A DNA stretch of 63,403 bases, counting the filler, from Intoshia linei (Eukaryota > Animalia > Orthonectida): assembly GCA_001642005.1 (NCBI GenBank). It is 7 parts of 7 records of this genome, joined end to end, with 100 filler letters (N's around TTAATTAATTAA, not from the genome) between each part and the next. Parts side by side here need not be neighbours in the genome. Positions count along the whole stretch, not along the records: positions 1 to 7,515 come from LWCA01001554.1; positions 7,616 to 17,173 come from LWCA01001357.1; 5 more parts are not named here. One strand, written 5' to 3'. Below the pieces are notes generated by a model that searched no databases, was not told where the DNA came from, and was given only the letters and a program-made list of their open reading frames with translations. This document shows, in pieces, positions 1-12,379 of this stretch. A program made the position numbers and the translations under genes. Each line of letters begins with the position of its first letter. Position 1 is the first letter of the stretch.

Positions 1-1833
1 TATCGACAAATGTGCAATTAAGAATTATTATGATACAATTATCATAAAAAAAAAAATACCGAATATATTGTGAAAGTTTAATTTAATTTGTGCTTCTTAA
101 AAAAGACTTAAAAGTTATTTTAACAAACAATATCTAATAAATTTTGGTATATTATGGAATCTCTGTATTGACCATATTTATTGCAAACATGACTTTATTT
201 TTGCAAACATGACTAACAAGATCGTGAATGTCTTGTATTTGAATGAATTTATTATATTGTAAATAACCAAAATGCAATTGTTAATAAAATCAAAAAATTG
301 AGCTAAAAACAAATTTAACAAAATAAACTGTATAACTAATCATGGAGAACAGTATTATAAAGGCGGTACCACGTTTATAAACTCAAACGCCGATTTCCGT
401 TAAAATAAAGTTCAGTTTTAATTTCTTCATAATATTTATAGTGATATTTAAAATGACAAACGCAACTCGAATAGATAGCGTTAAATATTTTTGATTGCGA
501 ATTAGTTTTTCTATTTTAAAAGTACACACTTTTAGTGCTAATTGCCCAGCGAATTCTAAAATTTTCCAAAAAATGTGACACCCTAATACACACTGATGTA
601 GATAATAAAATGAAGAGCTAAGAATATATTAAATATTCAGTGAACAATAAAAACTATTTAATATATTTTGCACCTATTAAACCAGTTAAAATATCAAATA
701 GTATATTACACACTACATCACTGTTTCTTAACTTTTTTTACTTTGTGCGCACTTGTGAAATAAATAAAAATTTAGGTGCACCTCAAATTTTGATAAGAAA
801 AAAAATAGATATCCAAAAGTGTGCAAAGTTTAAAAACGATCAAATATAAAATCATAATAATAATATAACAATAAAAATAAAACAGTCAACCTAGTAAATT
901 ATATTATATAAATCATAAATCCCAAAATTCATCAAAGAATTGTCATGTAAAAGTTTGACACTAATTTTTAAAAATTTATAAAATAAAGTCAAATTTCTTT
1001 GCGGTGTACCTGAATTCTACTTATGACGCACAAGTGCACCGGACTACAGTAAAATTTTAGTAAAAGGTAAGTTTAATATCTAAATCAATTTAAGTAATTA
1101 CATTTACAGAAAAGCCCATTCCTTTAGAGCAGTGCTCTTATTTCAGTTTATTCAGTTCTCAAACTTTTTTAAGCATTCACCCCCTGTGACACATATTTTT
1201 GTTTTATTCACCCCTATTATCCCCAATAAAACAATTATTATAACATGTCATAATTGTGTAGGAATACACAATTTGCGGTAATCTACAAAAACGACACAAC
1301 TTAAATAATTATAATTACATAGCAATGAAAATAGAATACAATGAAATACCGAAACTACACTGATATAACGCAATTTCACTTAACATTTAACCTATATTAA
1401 ATTCATTCTTATTATTATTTAGATTTTATAGAATTCATCCACTACAGATCTAAGTGACAACTAAAATATTAAGATTAATTTTTTACCTACAAACCATACT
1501 ACAAAAAAATTAAAAATATTCTATGGTGTTCACACCAGATATTCTGCATTTATATTTAATACCTTAAAACACCGTGGTTTTCAAATGAATTTTAGTTTGA
1601 TTTTTTTACCGAGAGCACTGTAGTTCAGTATATTATCGTAACAGTCAATTTAGTTAAATAATATAAATGCTATTGCCTAACTTGCTATGTTAATGTAGCT
1701 ATACAAAAAAAGAGAAATCTGAATAGGATAATCATGATCAATTAGTAATCTTTTATTTTCTGTCGAATAATATAATATCTGTGATATAAAAAAAGATTTA
1801 TTAATGTTAAATAAAATATACACAAATATTAAA

Positions 1834-4800
1834 TTATTCTTGGCCCACTTTACTTCTTCTGATTTGCATTAATAAATCGCCTAAAACTGCCATTTCATCT
1901 ATAGATGTATCTTTATAGTGATTGTAAACTAACTAAATTAAAAAATAATTATTATCATAATATCAGGCATATTATAAAACATAGATATAAAAATGTACAT
2001 TAGACGATCTTCAGATCGTAACTTCATTAATAACAAAATTAAATATTGGTGACGCTAATGATGATACATCAGATTAATTAAATTCGAAATAACATCTACA
2101 CACTGTGCCAAAATATTATGCAGATCTAAAAAACTGTCAAAAACATACTTAAAAGTTGAGTGAAATTGTTAATTTTTTTATAAAATGTACTTGACATTAT
2201 GTGATATTATTTGTAATTAAAAGAAAAAAATTTAAAGCAATTAAAATTATAATAATTAGTATAATAATAAAGTTTAATAGTGCGATGATCACGTTCGAAA
2301 CATCGTGATATTTGTAGAGTACTTTTTCCTTTTGCCATTAAACCAACTATTTGGTTCTTTTCTTCTATATTTAAGTCGTTTTTCTTTCGCATTTAAAATT
2401 TGCATAATATTTTGGCACAGTTAACAATATAAAAAAACGATAATATGTAAATAAAAATTTTTTATTTGAATTAAATAAATATTTATTTTTTTAATACATA
2501 TTGAGTCAATTAAATGTCAATTAATAACAAAAAAAATATAATTTTTAATCAATTCTAGACTGAATTACACAACTTTTAGTGATTTGCATAATATTGTGGT
2601 ACAGTGTGTAAAATTTAACATAAGATACAAAAAAGAAAAACAGTAAACTAATTAATAAAGCTAACTCAAAGAAATACGATAAGTATATGAATATGGAATT
2701 GAGTGTGATTATTTTACAAAATTAAAAATATAATGTTATCCGGGATTTTAATAGTGAAGCAATCATGGAATGATTCGTAAAAAAGGCAAAATTTTGCCAA
2801 TACCGATTCCTTAGAATCGTCGCATCACTAGTAAATACATAACTAAGTCATATTCGGTATTCCAGACATACATACATGTATGTTATAAAAATTTTCTAAT
2901 AGTTAGTGTTCATCTACGATTATTTTACTGTTCAGTCTAATATTGAAATGTTTTACACATATCCAAAATATTCACTATATTGGATTTTCATTACATAGAG
3001 ATTTAACCAAGTACAAATTTCATTTTGGTTATGGCACAAAAAATAAAATTTAAACTTTCTTCACAAAAAGATCATGCTACATAACTATTCACTTAGATAA
3101 TAAAATAAATGTACATGAAGCATTTCAGTATAATTTCCTTTCTCGTACTCGATGTTGAATGTATCAAGATATTTCTCCCAAACATCAGAAGACAAAGATG
3201 CAAAGTTTGGCTAAAATGCAATATAAAAATTATAATATAAATGTTTGGCTAATTATATTTTGTTTTATACCCATTAGGATGTCACATCGTTTTTAAATTT
3301 TGATATTTTTAAAGACATACCATGTGAACTAGATGTATTTTTAAATGCAAATTAAGATGTAAAAGACTATTTTTGAAAAAAGTAAGTAACGACGTTGCGG
3401 TGATCAATTAAGTAATTAGATAAAATATTTGTAAACTTAAGTTTATTTTCGTATATTTCTAATAAAATCATAAAAATTTATTCAAAACTGACACTATATT
3501 TTGGATTTCTACTTCGTTTTTAGACATATTTGAGGCTCGATTGTATTTTTGTAAAGTTCTTTGGGCTACATCATGCACAATTGGAGCAATACCAATATTT
3601 ATTAAATTTTTATTTATATAATAATTGTACTTATCACCGCAACGTCGTTACTTACTTTTTTCAAAAATGGTCTTTTACATCTTGGTTTAAAAATACATTT
3701 AAAAATACATCTAGTCCACATGCTACGTCTTTAAAAATATCAAAATTTAAATTCGATGTGACACCCTAATACCCATTATAAAAATTAGTTTGAAAAATGA
3801 TGCTTTATTTAAATATTAATATCATAAGGATATTTTATAAGTTACTATGCCTAATGAATACCGTAAACTATGACTGGTAAATTGTATATCAAATTTTATT
3901 TACTATAAATTGAAAAAAATAATATGTAAATATTAGTTACGATGAACAATATTTTGTTCACAATTTTAAAGGCATAACCCAAAGTTTTTTAAAATAGTTG
4001 TAAAGCAATATTAAGTGCAAATTCTAGACATACGAAATTGCTCATAATGTGAGTGGGCGTACTTTTGATATAAAAATTTGCCTTACACATCTAGTATACA
4101 GTATAATATAACCATAATGTATACAGTGTATACGTTATGGTTAAAAGACGGTTAAAAATTACCATAGACTTATCTCTCATGTATTTTTTGTGGATAAGGT
4201 CAAACTAAAATAAAATTATATGATATAAGTAAATTACATCGCATCATGGATGTCAAGTTGACAAAACCCTAGTTATCATAGGCAATGTCAGTCCGATTTA
4301 TAAAATTAAATTATTGTTGTAGTTGTATAAACACTGATTGAATTATTTTCTGGTGTGATTTCTTTTAAAAAAAATTTCTACTCACCCGTCCAATAGAAAC
4401 AAAAGCTAAATTTTTTACCTATATGAGAAAAAATAAGTAACATTTTTCGGCAAGTTTCTCTATTAAAAGAACAAAGCCAGATTTGAATGATACGATAGCG
4501 AACCTTGTTTACTCATGGAATATATTTCTTGTATTATTTTTTTAAGTGTCAAGTATGTGACATAAAATATGTCAAGTTGCATTTTTACCACAAAAATACA
4601 CATTTTGCCATAAATAATGTATAAGCTAATAATAACTGTATAAATAATTGTAAATCATTATCGAAATCGTAGTAAAATATCAAATAATTACAATTTTATA
4701 ACTAAGAAAGTTTACCATAATGAATAACTTGTTACAGTAAGACCTGCAAATATTGAACACTAATAACAAAAAATAACGATGTTCATATTAGGGTTTATAG

Positions 4801-5633
4801 TAAACATTTTATTATCCTTAAAATATTAGTGCTGATCTTTTAACTAAATAAGCGTTATTACAAACTTAGATTGTATTAAAATATTATTTATATATTTGTG
4901 AAAATACAACCGACTAATCACGAAAATAATAAGTAAAACTAAATATTTTAATTAAAATTATATTTATTCTTTTAGTCTTTCCTTTTTAACCCTTAGACAC
5001 CAAAATATCTTAAAGATATTTTAAAAATGAGAAAATGTATATAAAAAAAGATTATAAAAATTACAGAAAATATAAAATGGAAGTACAAAATAAGATTTTA
5101 ATATTGGAAAATCAAAATCTAAATTCTTAAAACCTCTGGAGCTTTTAGAATTTCCAATAATTAATAATTTTAACTTCTCGCCTAACATGCTTACACAGAA
5201 TAGTAGTTATACATTCCTTGCTCAACTTACCAAATTTTTATCGTTCATTGTATGATTCCAAAATAAAGTGTAAATCATATTAATTGATTTAAATTACAAT
5301 AGATAACACAAAAATAGAATATTAATTTTATTTTGAAAGATGTTCACGGTTCATTATCGTATTATTCACTATATTTCTATATAAAGTGGATTTTTTGTTA
5401 ACAACATTATTTTTAATGTTGACTCCGACGAGATGTTCATTATATGAGGTGTTTAATATCTGCAGGTCTCAATGTATTACGTTTTTATTCTGGTCACTTT
5501 ATATAAAATCATACAAATCTATGAAAATTACATTTTCGCTTTTCTTTTTAAATTTCCGTGACTTTTTCGTTTTCTTTATAGGTCGAATATTTTGAGGAAC
5601 GTATTTTAATTTGTTATCAAAGCAATCAATCAT
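1834..5633 (-). CDS. SAP30: Divergent SAP30/SAP30L-like Sin3-HDAC subunit, about 98 aa; exons 5633-5532, 3210-3115, 1932-1834
   Basis: Three exons join in phase 0 at GT-AG sites: MIDCFDNKLKYVPQNIRPIKKTKKSRKFKKKSEN|PNFASLSSDVWEKYLDTFNIEYEKGNYTEMLH|LVYNHYKDTSIDEMAVLGDLLMQIRRSKVGQE*. A basic stretch followed by this hydrophobic pattern matches the SAP30 Sin3-interaction domain (recalled VDLYQL..TLRRYKRHFKL..LVEIVGCHFRSIPVNEKDTLTYFIYSVK). Confidence 0.6.
2099..2608 (-). mobile_element. Internally deleted Tc1-family element with IR/DR-type ends, in SAP30-like intron 2
   Basis: TIRs CACACTGTGCCAAAATATTATGC / GCATAATATTGTGGTACAGTGTG flanked by TA on both sides. An inner copy of the TIR motif lies at about 2401-2421. 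ORF 2207-2392 is a Tc1 N-terminal HTH (KSTLQISRCFERDHRTIK). Confidence 0.8.
3275..3768. mobile_element. hAT (hATm-like) MITE with long TIRs, in SAP30-like intron 1
   Basis: About 130-nt imperfect TIRs (TAGGATGTCACATCG... / ...CGATGTGACACCCTA) and a perfect 8-bp TSD ATACCCAT at 3267-3274 and 3769-3776. Related TAGGGTGTCAC ends occur at about 575-586, 12380, 13967, 16812, 31068 and 37400. Confidence 0.85.
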
Positions 5634-5880
5634 AATATCTAAAAACTGGATTAAATAAAACTAACATACAACAGTATATATAAACATTATAAAATCAATT
5701 AATAAAAATTAAAATGTTACACGTATGTCTCTCAATATAACTATTTTAAAAATTTCAAATCTTGAAATAATTTAAATCAAGTAAGATCAAATAATAAATT
5801 TTAAACTAAATAAATGTAGTTACAGTTTAAAATAAAACAATAAGACTAACTAACTTTATTATATTTAAGTTTATTTTGAA

Positions 5881-6032
5881 ATGGGTGAATTTTTAGACAA
5901 GGTACAACATTTTTACAAGATATTTAATAGTTTCTATTTTAGGATCTAGAAAAATTTTCCGATGAAAATTTCAATGTTAATGAATGGATTAATGATTACT
6001 TTACAAAAAAATCTCAAACAGTTTCTAATCAG
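5881..6032 (+). CDS. COG7: Conserved oligomeric Golgi complex subunit 7, first two exons only (5881-5901, 5943-6032)
   Basis: MGEFLDK|DLEKFSDENFNVNEWINDYFTKKSQTVSNQ| with a 41-nt GT-AG intron matches the COG7 N-terminus ([21 protein letters not shown]). Downstream exons were not found in the window. Confidence 0.65.
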
Positions 6033-6559
6033 GTTTTCAAATTTGTAAATAAACTAAAATTATAATTACATGTATCTATTCCAGGGGTTCTCATAATCAT
6101 ATATCATAAATATCATTTTTTTAAGTCGAATATCCTTTAAAAAAAACTTAATTTATGGCATTTATTGACTTTATAAATTGTTAATTAGCTAATTAATAAA
6201 CATGATATTGATATCATGATGCTTGTAATTTTGTGTTGATTATCATATAAAAAATGATACTTTGCCATAAAAAAAACTCCCCTATTAATAATACAGTGCA
6301 ATCGCGCTAAGTCAAATTGAAAATTTTAATAAAAATTGCACTTTGGAGATAAATAAATCGTGATTTAACTTGTTTCAAAATCATGTAAAATGTCACAAAT
6401 GCATAGTTACAATCATAAAAATAGATGATATTTAATGAAATTGAAAATTTAACTTCGCGAGATGCAAATTTAACACAAATATTTTTAATTTTACAATTAA
6501 GTTAATTAAAATGTATTTTTTATTATAAAATTAGGTATTAATGAAATCTTTTACTATAA

Positions 6560-7515
6560 TATTTAAGCATTCTTTTATTTATTTAGATAAGTGGTTTTTT
6601 AGTAAATATTGTTTAAGATAGTCTAATCGATATAAACAATCTTCTATGTCAAAGATATCAGTAAAATCACTATTTCACTGATGGGATTCAATAGTCTCAT
6701 TAATGATCTTCACTTAATTTATTGTTTCTTGTGGTTAAATTTTTATCAGAGCGAGAATATACGTAAAAATCAATGTCCATTTCATAAAAACGTTGAAACT
6801 TAATCCATTCGGTAATATCAGGTAAAATAATTTCATTATTCAAATTATAGTTTTCTAATGAGAACATCTTTGCCTTACTGAAACAATTTTTGATTTTTTT
6901 CACCCTTTTTCAAGCCTATTAACTTAATTTAATCACATGCGGTCACCATTAAATTATCTCGCATGCCAAGTAAATACGTTTTAAGGGTGTAAATTGCTTT
7001 TGCATTCCACCTAGCGTTAGAGGTTGGTCCAGGAGATTTCAATTTTAGAATTGTATTTTTATTGTAGCTTTATTGAGTTAAGTAGGCGTTTTTCAGATTA
7101 TATAACTCTAAATGATCATCCTTCCATTTACCTTCTATGATTAGTTTATCCTCGATAGGTATAATTCCTTTATAATTATCTATGAGTTCTTTAAAATTGT
7201 ATTGGATATAATTAACAAAAGGAAAGTTAATATTTGGACTTTGAGAATTAAGTATAAAAATTTCGTTAAAAGTATGTTTTATCACAAGGTCCAATACATG
7301 GAATCGGCATCCTTCGTAAACAACCACTTGATTGAGTGATTTAATTGTGAGCATTGCAGCTCCATTTTTATTACCGGTATTAGAATAAGTTGTGTCGCAA
7401 ACAATCATCTTTATTATATCAGTAATATTATAAAGTTCAAGAGTTTCCACAATTGCAGCGTGCATTGTTATACCCTTTCCATTGGGCAACGTTTTTAACG
7501 CTATACAGATCGATA
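6560..7515 (-). mobile_element. Decayed hAT-superfamily (hATm-like) transposase
   Basis: Motifs CDTTYSNTGNKNGA, CRFHVLDLVIKH and PTSNARWNAKAIYTLK, with stops and frameshifts. Truncated by the gap. Confidence 0.7.
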
Positions 7516-7615
7516 NNNNNNNNNNNNNNNNNNNNNNNNNNNNNNNNNNNNNNNNNNNNTTAATTAATTAANNNNNNNNNNNNNNNNNNNNNNNNNNNNN
7601 NNNNNNNNNNNNNNN
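7516..7615. other. Scaffold gap spacer
   Basis: 100 nt of N with a central TTAATTAATTAA all-frame stop linker. Confidence 0.97.
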
Positions 7616-7824
7616 GGTTGAAATTTATCTTATTATACGCCCGGAAAAAACTGTAATTGAAATGTGGTCAAATTTAAAGAGTGCTAGTTATTTCAAAAAA
7701 TTAACACACAGACACACAAACAAAAATCGCGTCGCATTTTATATAAGTTTGGATTTGAATAATCATAGATGCATTATCTGTTTATTGAATATCAAGGAAG
7801 AGATCATAAAATTTAGATAAAATT

Positions 7825-7970
7825 TATTCTGCACTTCTCAGTATTAAACGAACTAGTTGTGAGGCTGAGAGAGTGTTCTCAATAATTGGAGATTACATAA
7901 AAAAAGAGCGAATCTTTCGCCAGAGGATATCATTTGTTTTGGTTTTTTTAAAATTTTTCTTTAAAACCAA
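7825..7970 (+). mobile_element. hAT C-terminal dimerisation domain fragment
   Basis: Translates ALLSIKRTSCEAERVFSIIG (SxxxERxFS motif). Confidence 0.6.
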
Positions 7971-8164
7971 AGTATAATAAATTATTATAATACAATCAGC
8001 GTCAAAAATATTTTCGATAAATTGCCAACACTATCTAACACCACTGTTGTATCTGACATTATCGAATTATCAATTATCGTTTAATAAAATAAATTGAATG
8101 TTTTAATATAATCGTCTTGGATACTACACACCAGTTGCTTAATGGGTTATTTACAAAAAGTTAC

Positions 8165-8275
8165 CTATAGAATCACTTTCATCTGTTTTCTCGTTATCCA
8201 ACCATACAGCAGAACTTCCAAATAATCCATGCATTACAAATACGACTTTTTTTGGGTTAGTACTTGATTTCTTAA
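8165..8275 (-). CDS. Isolated exon of an acid-lipase-type alpha/beta hydrolase (gene incomplete or pseudogene)
   Basis: AG...GT-bounded exon KKSSTNPKKVVFVMHGLFGSSAVWLDNEKTDESDSI resembles the LIPA/gastric lipase segment [21 protein letters not shown]..SL. No adjoining lipase exons were recognised. Confidence 0.55.
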
Positions 8276-8520
8276 CTTTGATTTAAATTTTGATAAAAAT
8301 TGATTATATATTGCTTACGTTATAAAATAAAAGCTAATGTCGTGTACAAACAATAAAAAATATTTTATTTTAACAGGATATACTATTAAAAACAATCTTA
8401 ATATTAGTTATATGAAATGTTTTTATTAATAATTAATACAATTTATATTAATCCATATAAAATTTATAGCGAGAAATACGATATTTAATAAATTTTTTAT
8501 AATTAACAATAAAGTTGAAA

Positions 8521-9485
8521 TGTGAAAGTTCATTATAGTGGGCTGATTCTCCATAAGACCCGATAAATATTTAAATTTTATGTGGATAGTAAAGGCTTGA
8601 AGAGTTTGACATTTCAAGTAAAGTATTTACAATAATTTATTACATAATATACAATAATAGTCCTGGATACCACATCTTTCTTACCAATAAAAGAAGGTTA
8701 TGGTGTATTGAAAACATAATCCTTTAAATAAAACGGTAATTTTCTGATTCTTTTTGTATTGATTTCATTTGATATTGTTTGTGGAAAGTCATCACCAGCA
8801 ATGTCTTCATTCATTAACCATCTTCATTGTTTATAGCAATTTTTTTACTTTTAGTTAACCTGGTACCATTCCAAATAGTATTGTCAGATCATTTATACAC
8901 ACCAGGTCTAACTAAACTTACAATTTGTAAGGGGTTAGATAAATTGAATTCTTTAGGAGATGGTTTAATTGTTCTCACCCAATCATTAATTATTAATTTT
9001 TTATTATGTGTTTTATCATTTTTTATAACTTTTTCCTGCCATTTTCTAACGTTTGTTTTGTGCTGTATTGTCAGCTTCTGAGATGGACAAACAATTTTCA
9101 TTCAATTGCGTAGTGGAATTTTTAATTTTCGGCGATGAATCATTTGGGATGGCGAAACCCCAGTTATGGAATGATATGTGGCTCTATAAACGATCAGAAA
9201 ATTATTGATCATTAACCTTGCATCTTTACTTTCCATATATCCAATCCTCAACCTTTCCTTTATTACTTGTAGCACAACATACACAATTATCAAGTTCATT
9301 GTCAATGTATTTATTCATTGAAGAGAACCTAAAATATTTACAAAGTAAACGCTTCGTTTTAGTTTTTCTAATGTGAAATATATGTGCCAAGCTAATACAT
9401 TTTTCACGTAAAATCTCAGGTAGAACAATTAACGAATTTCCACGCATTAACACATTTCCGTTCAGCCACAATTTATGCTTTATAC
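8521..9485 (-). mobile_element. Gypsy LTR retrotransposon remnant, 3' part (integrase and candidate 3' LTR 8674-8521)
   Basis: Integrase-region peptides (VLMRGNSLIVLPEILREKCISLAH...C..C; FLIVYRATYHSITGVSPSQM). A purine tract GGTAAGAAAGA is followed by a TG...CA segment containing AATAAA. Confidence 0.7.
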
Positions 9486-11100
9486 CCGGGCTTCCCAACC
9501 TTTTTTCATGCATCGCATACTTTTTGTATTTTTACGGTGATATAATTTTTTATTGCCTACCTGTAGAATAATTTATTTAAAAAATAAAAATTTTTAATAA
9601 ATAAGGAAGTCTTTTGTATTTTGCCATAATTTTTCATATTCATAATTATCAAATATAGATTTGCATGAGTATCGTATTTCATTTCCAAGAGTTCTTCCTG
9701 AATATTTACATCGACTTCTATGACATTTGCAGAAAATGGGTTTATCATCCAATCACATACTTCCAATTCAAAAATATCGCAAAATCGCCTCTTCATATCT
9801 TTGATGAGCATATTAATATGATTTACAAATTTATCAATATTTGTTAAACTTAGCTTATATTTTATTAGTTCAAATTCTGGGAAATTATTAAACTTTTTAT
9901 TTAAAAGATTATGTTGGTAGAGCTCCAGTTTATCTATAAATAACAAGATTAAACTTTTAGACTTAATAAGTGTAGTTTTTCTTCCCTGTAACTGTACATT
10001 AAATTCATTAAATTTTTTAAAAATCCATGTTAAATAAAGCAAGTCGTGGTGAACTTTGATTATCTCTTTGCACATTTCAGGATTGTAATTTTCAAAAAAC
10101 TGTACTATAGTAGTATATAGCTTACTAAAACGAGTTAAGCACAACCCTTTTGACAACCAGCGAACCTTGGTGTGTAATAGCAGCCTGATATATTCATTGT
10201 TATCTTACCACAACTGACGAAATATTCTGTCATTTTTTGCATTTGACTTGATCAAATTTACAGCTTTAATTATAATATTAAGAGATGAATGAAACTCTGA
10301 ACTTAAATTTTTTGCAACAAGTCTGTGTATAATTCAGTGAACGCATAACATATTTGAAACTTCTTGTTTTAAATAGGCTATAAAGCCTTTATAGCGGCCA
10401 ACCATTGCAGGTGCTCAATCGGTAGTACAAGCTACAATATTTTTCATAGGAATGTCGTATTTTAGAAAATAGGATTTGACAGAATTAAATACATATAAAC
10501 CCTTTGTGTCCGTAATAAGGCTCGTGGTGAATAACATTTCTTCTTGCAAAGTGCAAGCTTCGTCAAAGTATCTCACATATGCCATCAACAGGGCCTTATC
10601 ATCATTAACACAAAACTCATCTCATTTGATTGAAAATTTGTTCTTTTTAAGAATAGTTATCAACTGGTTTTCAACACTACTTGCCAATTCGTCGACACAC
10701 TGTATTATTACTAAGAGGAAACTTCTTTAAAAAATTAGTTGGATCTTGTAACATGAAAGTTGAAATAAATTTCTTGATAGACGAAATAATCAAGTTTTCT
10801 CCAATGCTGTGATCCTTACCAATTTTTGCAATTAAAAGCGATATACGATATGATGGATACATACCATCTTCCATCTTTAATTTTTGTTTGCTAAAAGCAT
10901 CTGTTATTTTGGGTCGGTTTAGAAAATTTTCAAGTAAGTTTTGAAAATATTGAATAGGTTTATTATTATTACTTACATTCAGGGTGTTTTCTTTCCAGAT
11001 GTTCAATAAGACGACTTGGCTTCATTGCTTCGTTTGAAAATGTTTTATAACACAATAAACACAGAGGAAGTTTCTTGTCTGTAATTGATTCTATAAATCC
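9486..11100 (-). mobile_element. Decayed Buster/ZBED5-like hAT transposon sitting within the Gypsy element
   Basis: ORFs 9557-10156 and 10677-11006 (KFPLSNNTVCRRI; TKVRWLSKG; FNVQLQG). Buster-type terminus C(C)GGGCTTCCCAACC at 9486. Confidence 0.85.
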
Positions 11101-11645
11101 CTTGGGAATCGACGAGGTTTGCACACAACTGGAATAGGTCCTTCTTTCAGTTTAATATTTATTGAAAATTTAGACTAAGTTGGCTATCAATCAAATTACA
11201 ATTATGAATCATATGATTTAAGTCAATTTTAAAACTTTTAATTAAATCTAAATCCATAATTGGTTTACAATTATGAACAATCTCAAATTTTTGTTTCACT
11301 CTTCTGTTTTCAAATATACATTCAGCAATTCACCATCCTCTTAATTGTATTGAATGGCCGCTAAAAGAACGTAATGTATTATAACTTTTGATAAAATTGT
11401 CACACCATCAATTTTCATAAATATATGACGGTAATAAGCTGACTTCACTACCAGTATCGAGAATTATGTTAACAACTTAATTGTCAATTTCGATTTGAAC
11501 AAATATATTGTGTGATTTACCACTATTAATACAATTGAATTTACCGATTAATTTTGGTTTTTGCAAAAATGGCATACAGACTTTAGTGTAGTGGTCTCGT
11601 TTATTACATTTTTTACAGATGAATTGTCTAGCTGGGCATTCCAAA
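11101..11645 (-). mobile_element. Gypsy remnant, 5' part (gag zinc knuckle, protease, start of RT)
   Basis: CPARQFICKKCNKRDHYTKVC (CCHC knuckle), LDTGSEVSL (aspartic protease), IKLKEGPIPVVCKPRRFP. Confidence 0.8.
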
Positions 11646-12379
11646 AAAATGCTAAATGTTGAGAGGTATCCAGCTAGTTTCTTGTATTATAAGCCCACAG
11701 CGATAGCCAAAATCTACGAAAACGTCCACTACGTTAAAGATGAATAGTGGAGTATCAGATCAAAGTTTTAAAGGTGTTTTCAGAGATCTTGGTAATTTAT
11801 ATCGTAACGCGGGTGTTTTTAAATAATAGGACTGGTGCATTCCATAATTGAGGTTCGCAAATGGCCGCGAGGACCGCATAATTGACACCCTTGCTATACA
11901 CTCACTTTCTATAATTACAGAAAGCGAGTATATTATAATTAAAATTGGTTCTAAAATTAATAAGTAGGCCCTCGACAGAACAGGCTGTTGTTTGTACAAT
12001 GTACATTACTGTCAATCTAGTATATAATTTACTAGCTTTAATCTGCTTATTGGTGGGTTTATTCGCTTTTTTATTTTGGTATATACATTATTCTCATTTA
12101 GACACCATACTTCCGCATATGTTTCTTTACGTTTCAGTGAACTCTAAATTTAATAAAATCACTGCTTACTTATTTATTTTAAGTAATTTACAGTGCACGA
12201 CAGTACGTTCAAAAAACATTAAAATAAATGAATTTTTCAATAAAAATCGATATTTCATACAGTTTGTGAATAAAAAGGTTAAAATAAAAAACGAAAAATC
12301 AAAATACCAAATATATAAGATTTTAAAGAGAAAACTAACATGAATGTATCTAATAAATAAATAAATCTATCATATATAT

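Noticed and set aside
640-849. Short I/F/K/N-rich ORFs such as this one across the track
   Set aside because: Expected by chance in AT-rich repeats, many with non-ATG starts.
7560-7571. Recurrent TTAATTAATTAA palindrome
   Set aside because: It is centred in each of six identical 100-nt N spacers, so it is an artificial linker.
11650-12343. Possible 5' LTR or gene (ORFs 11760-11999, 11945-12343)
   Set aside because: No similarity to the candidate 3' LTR and no recognisable protein.
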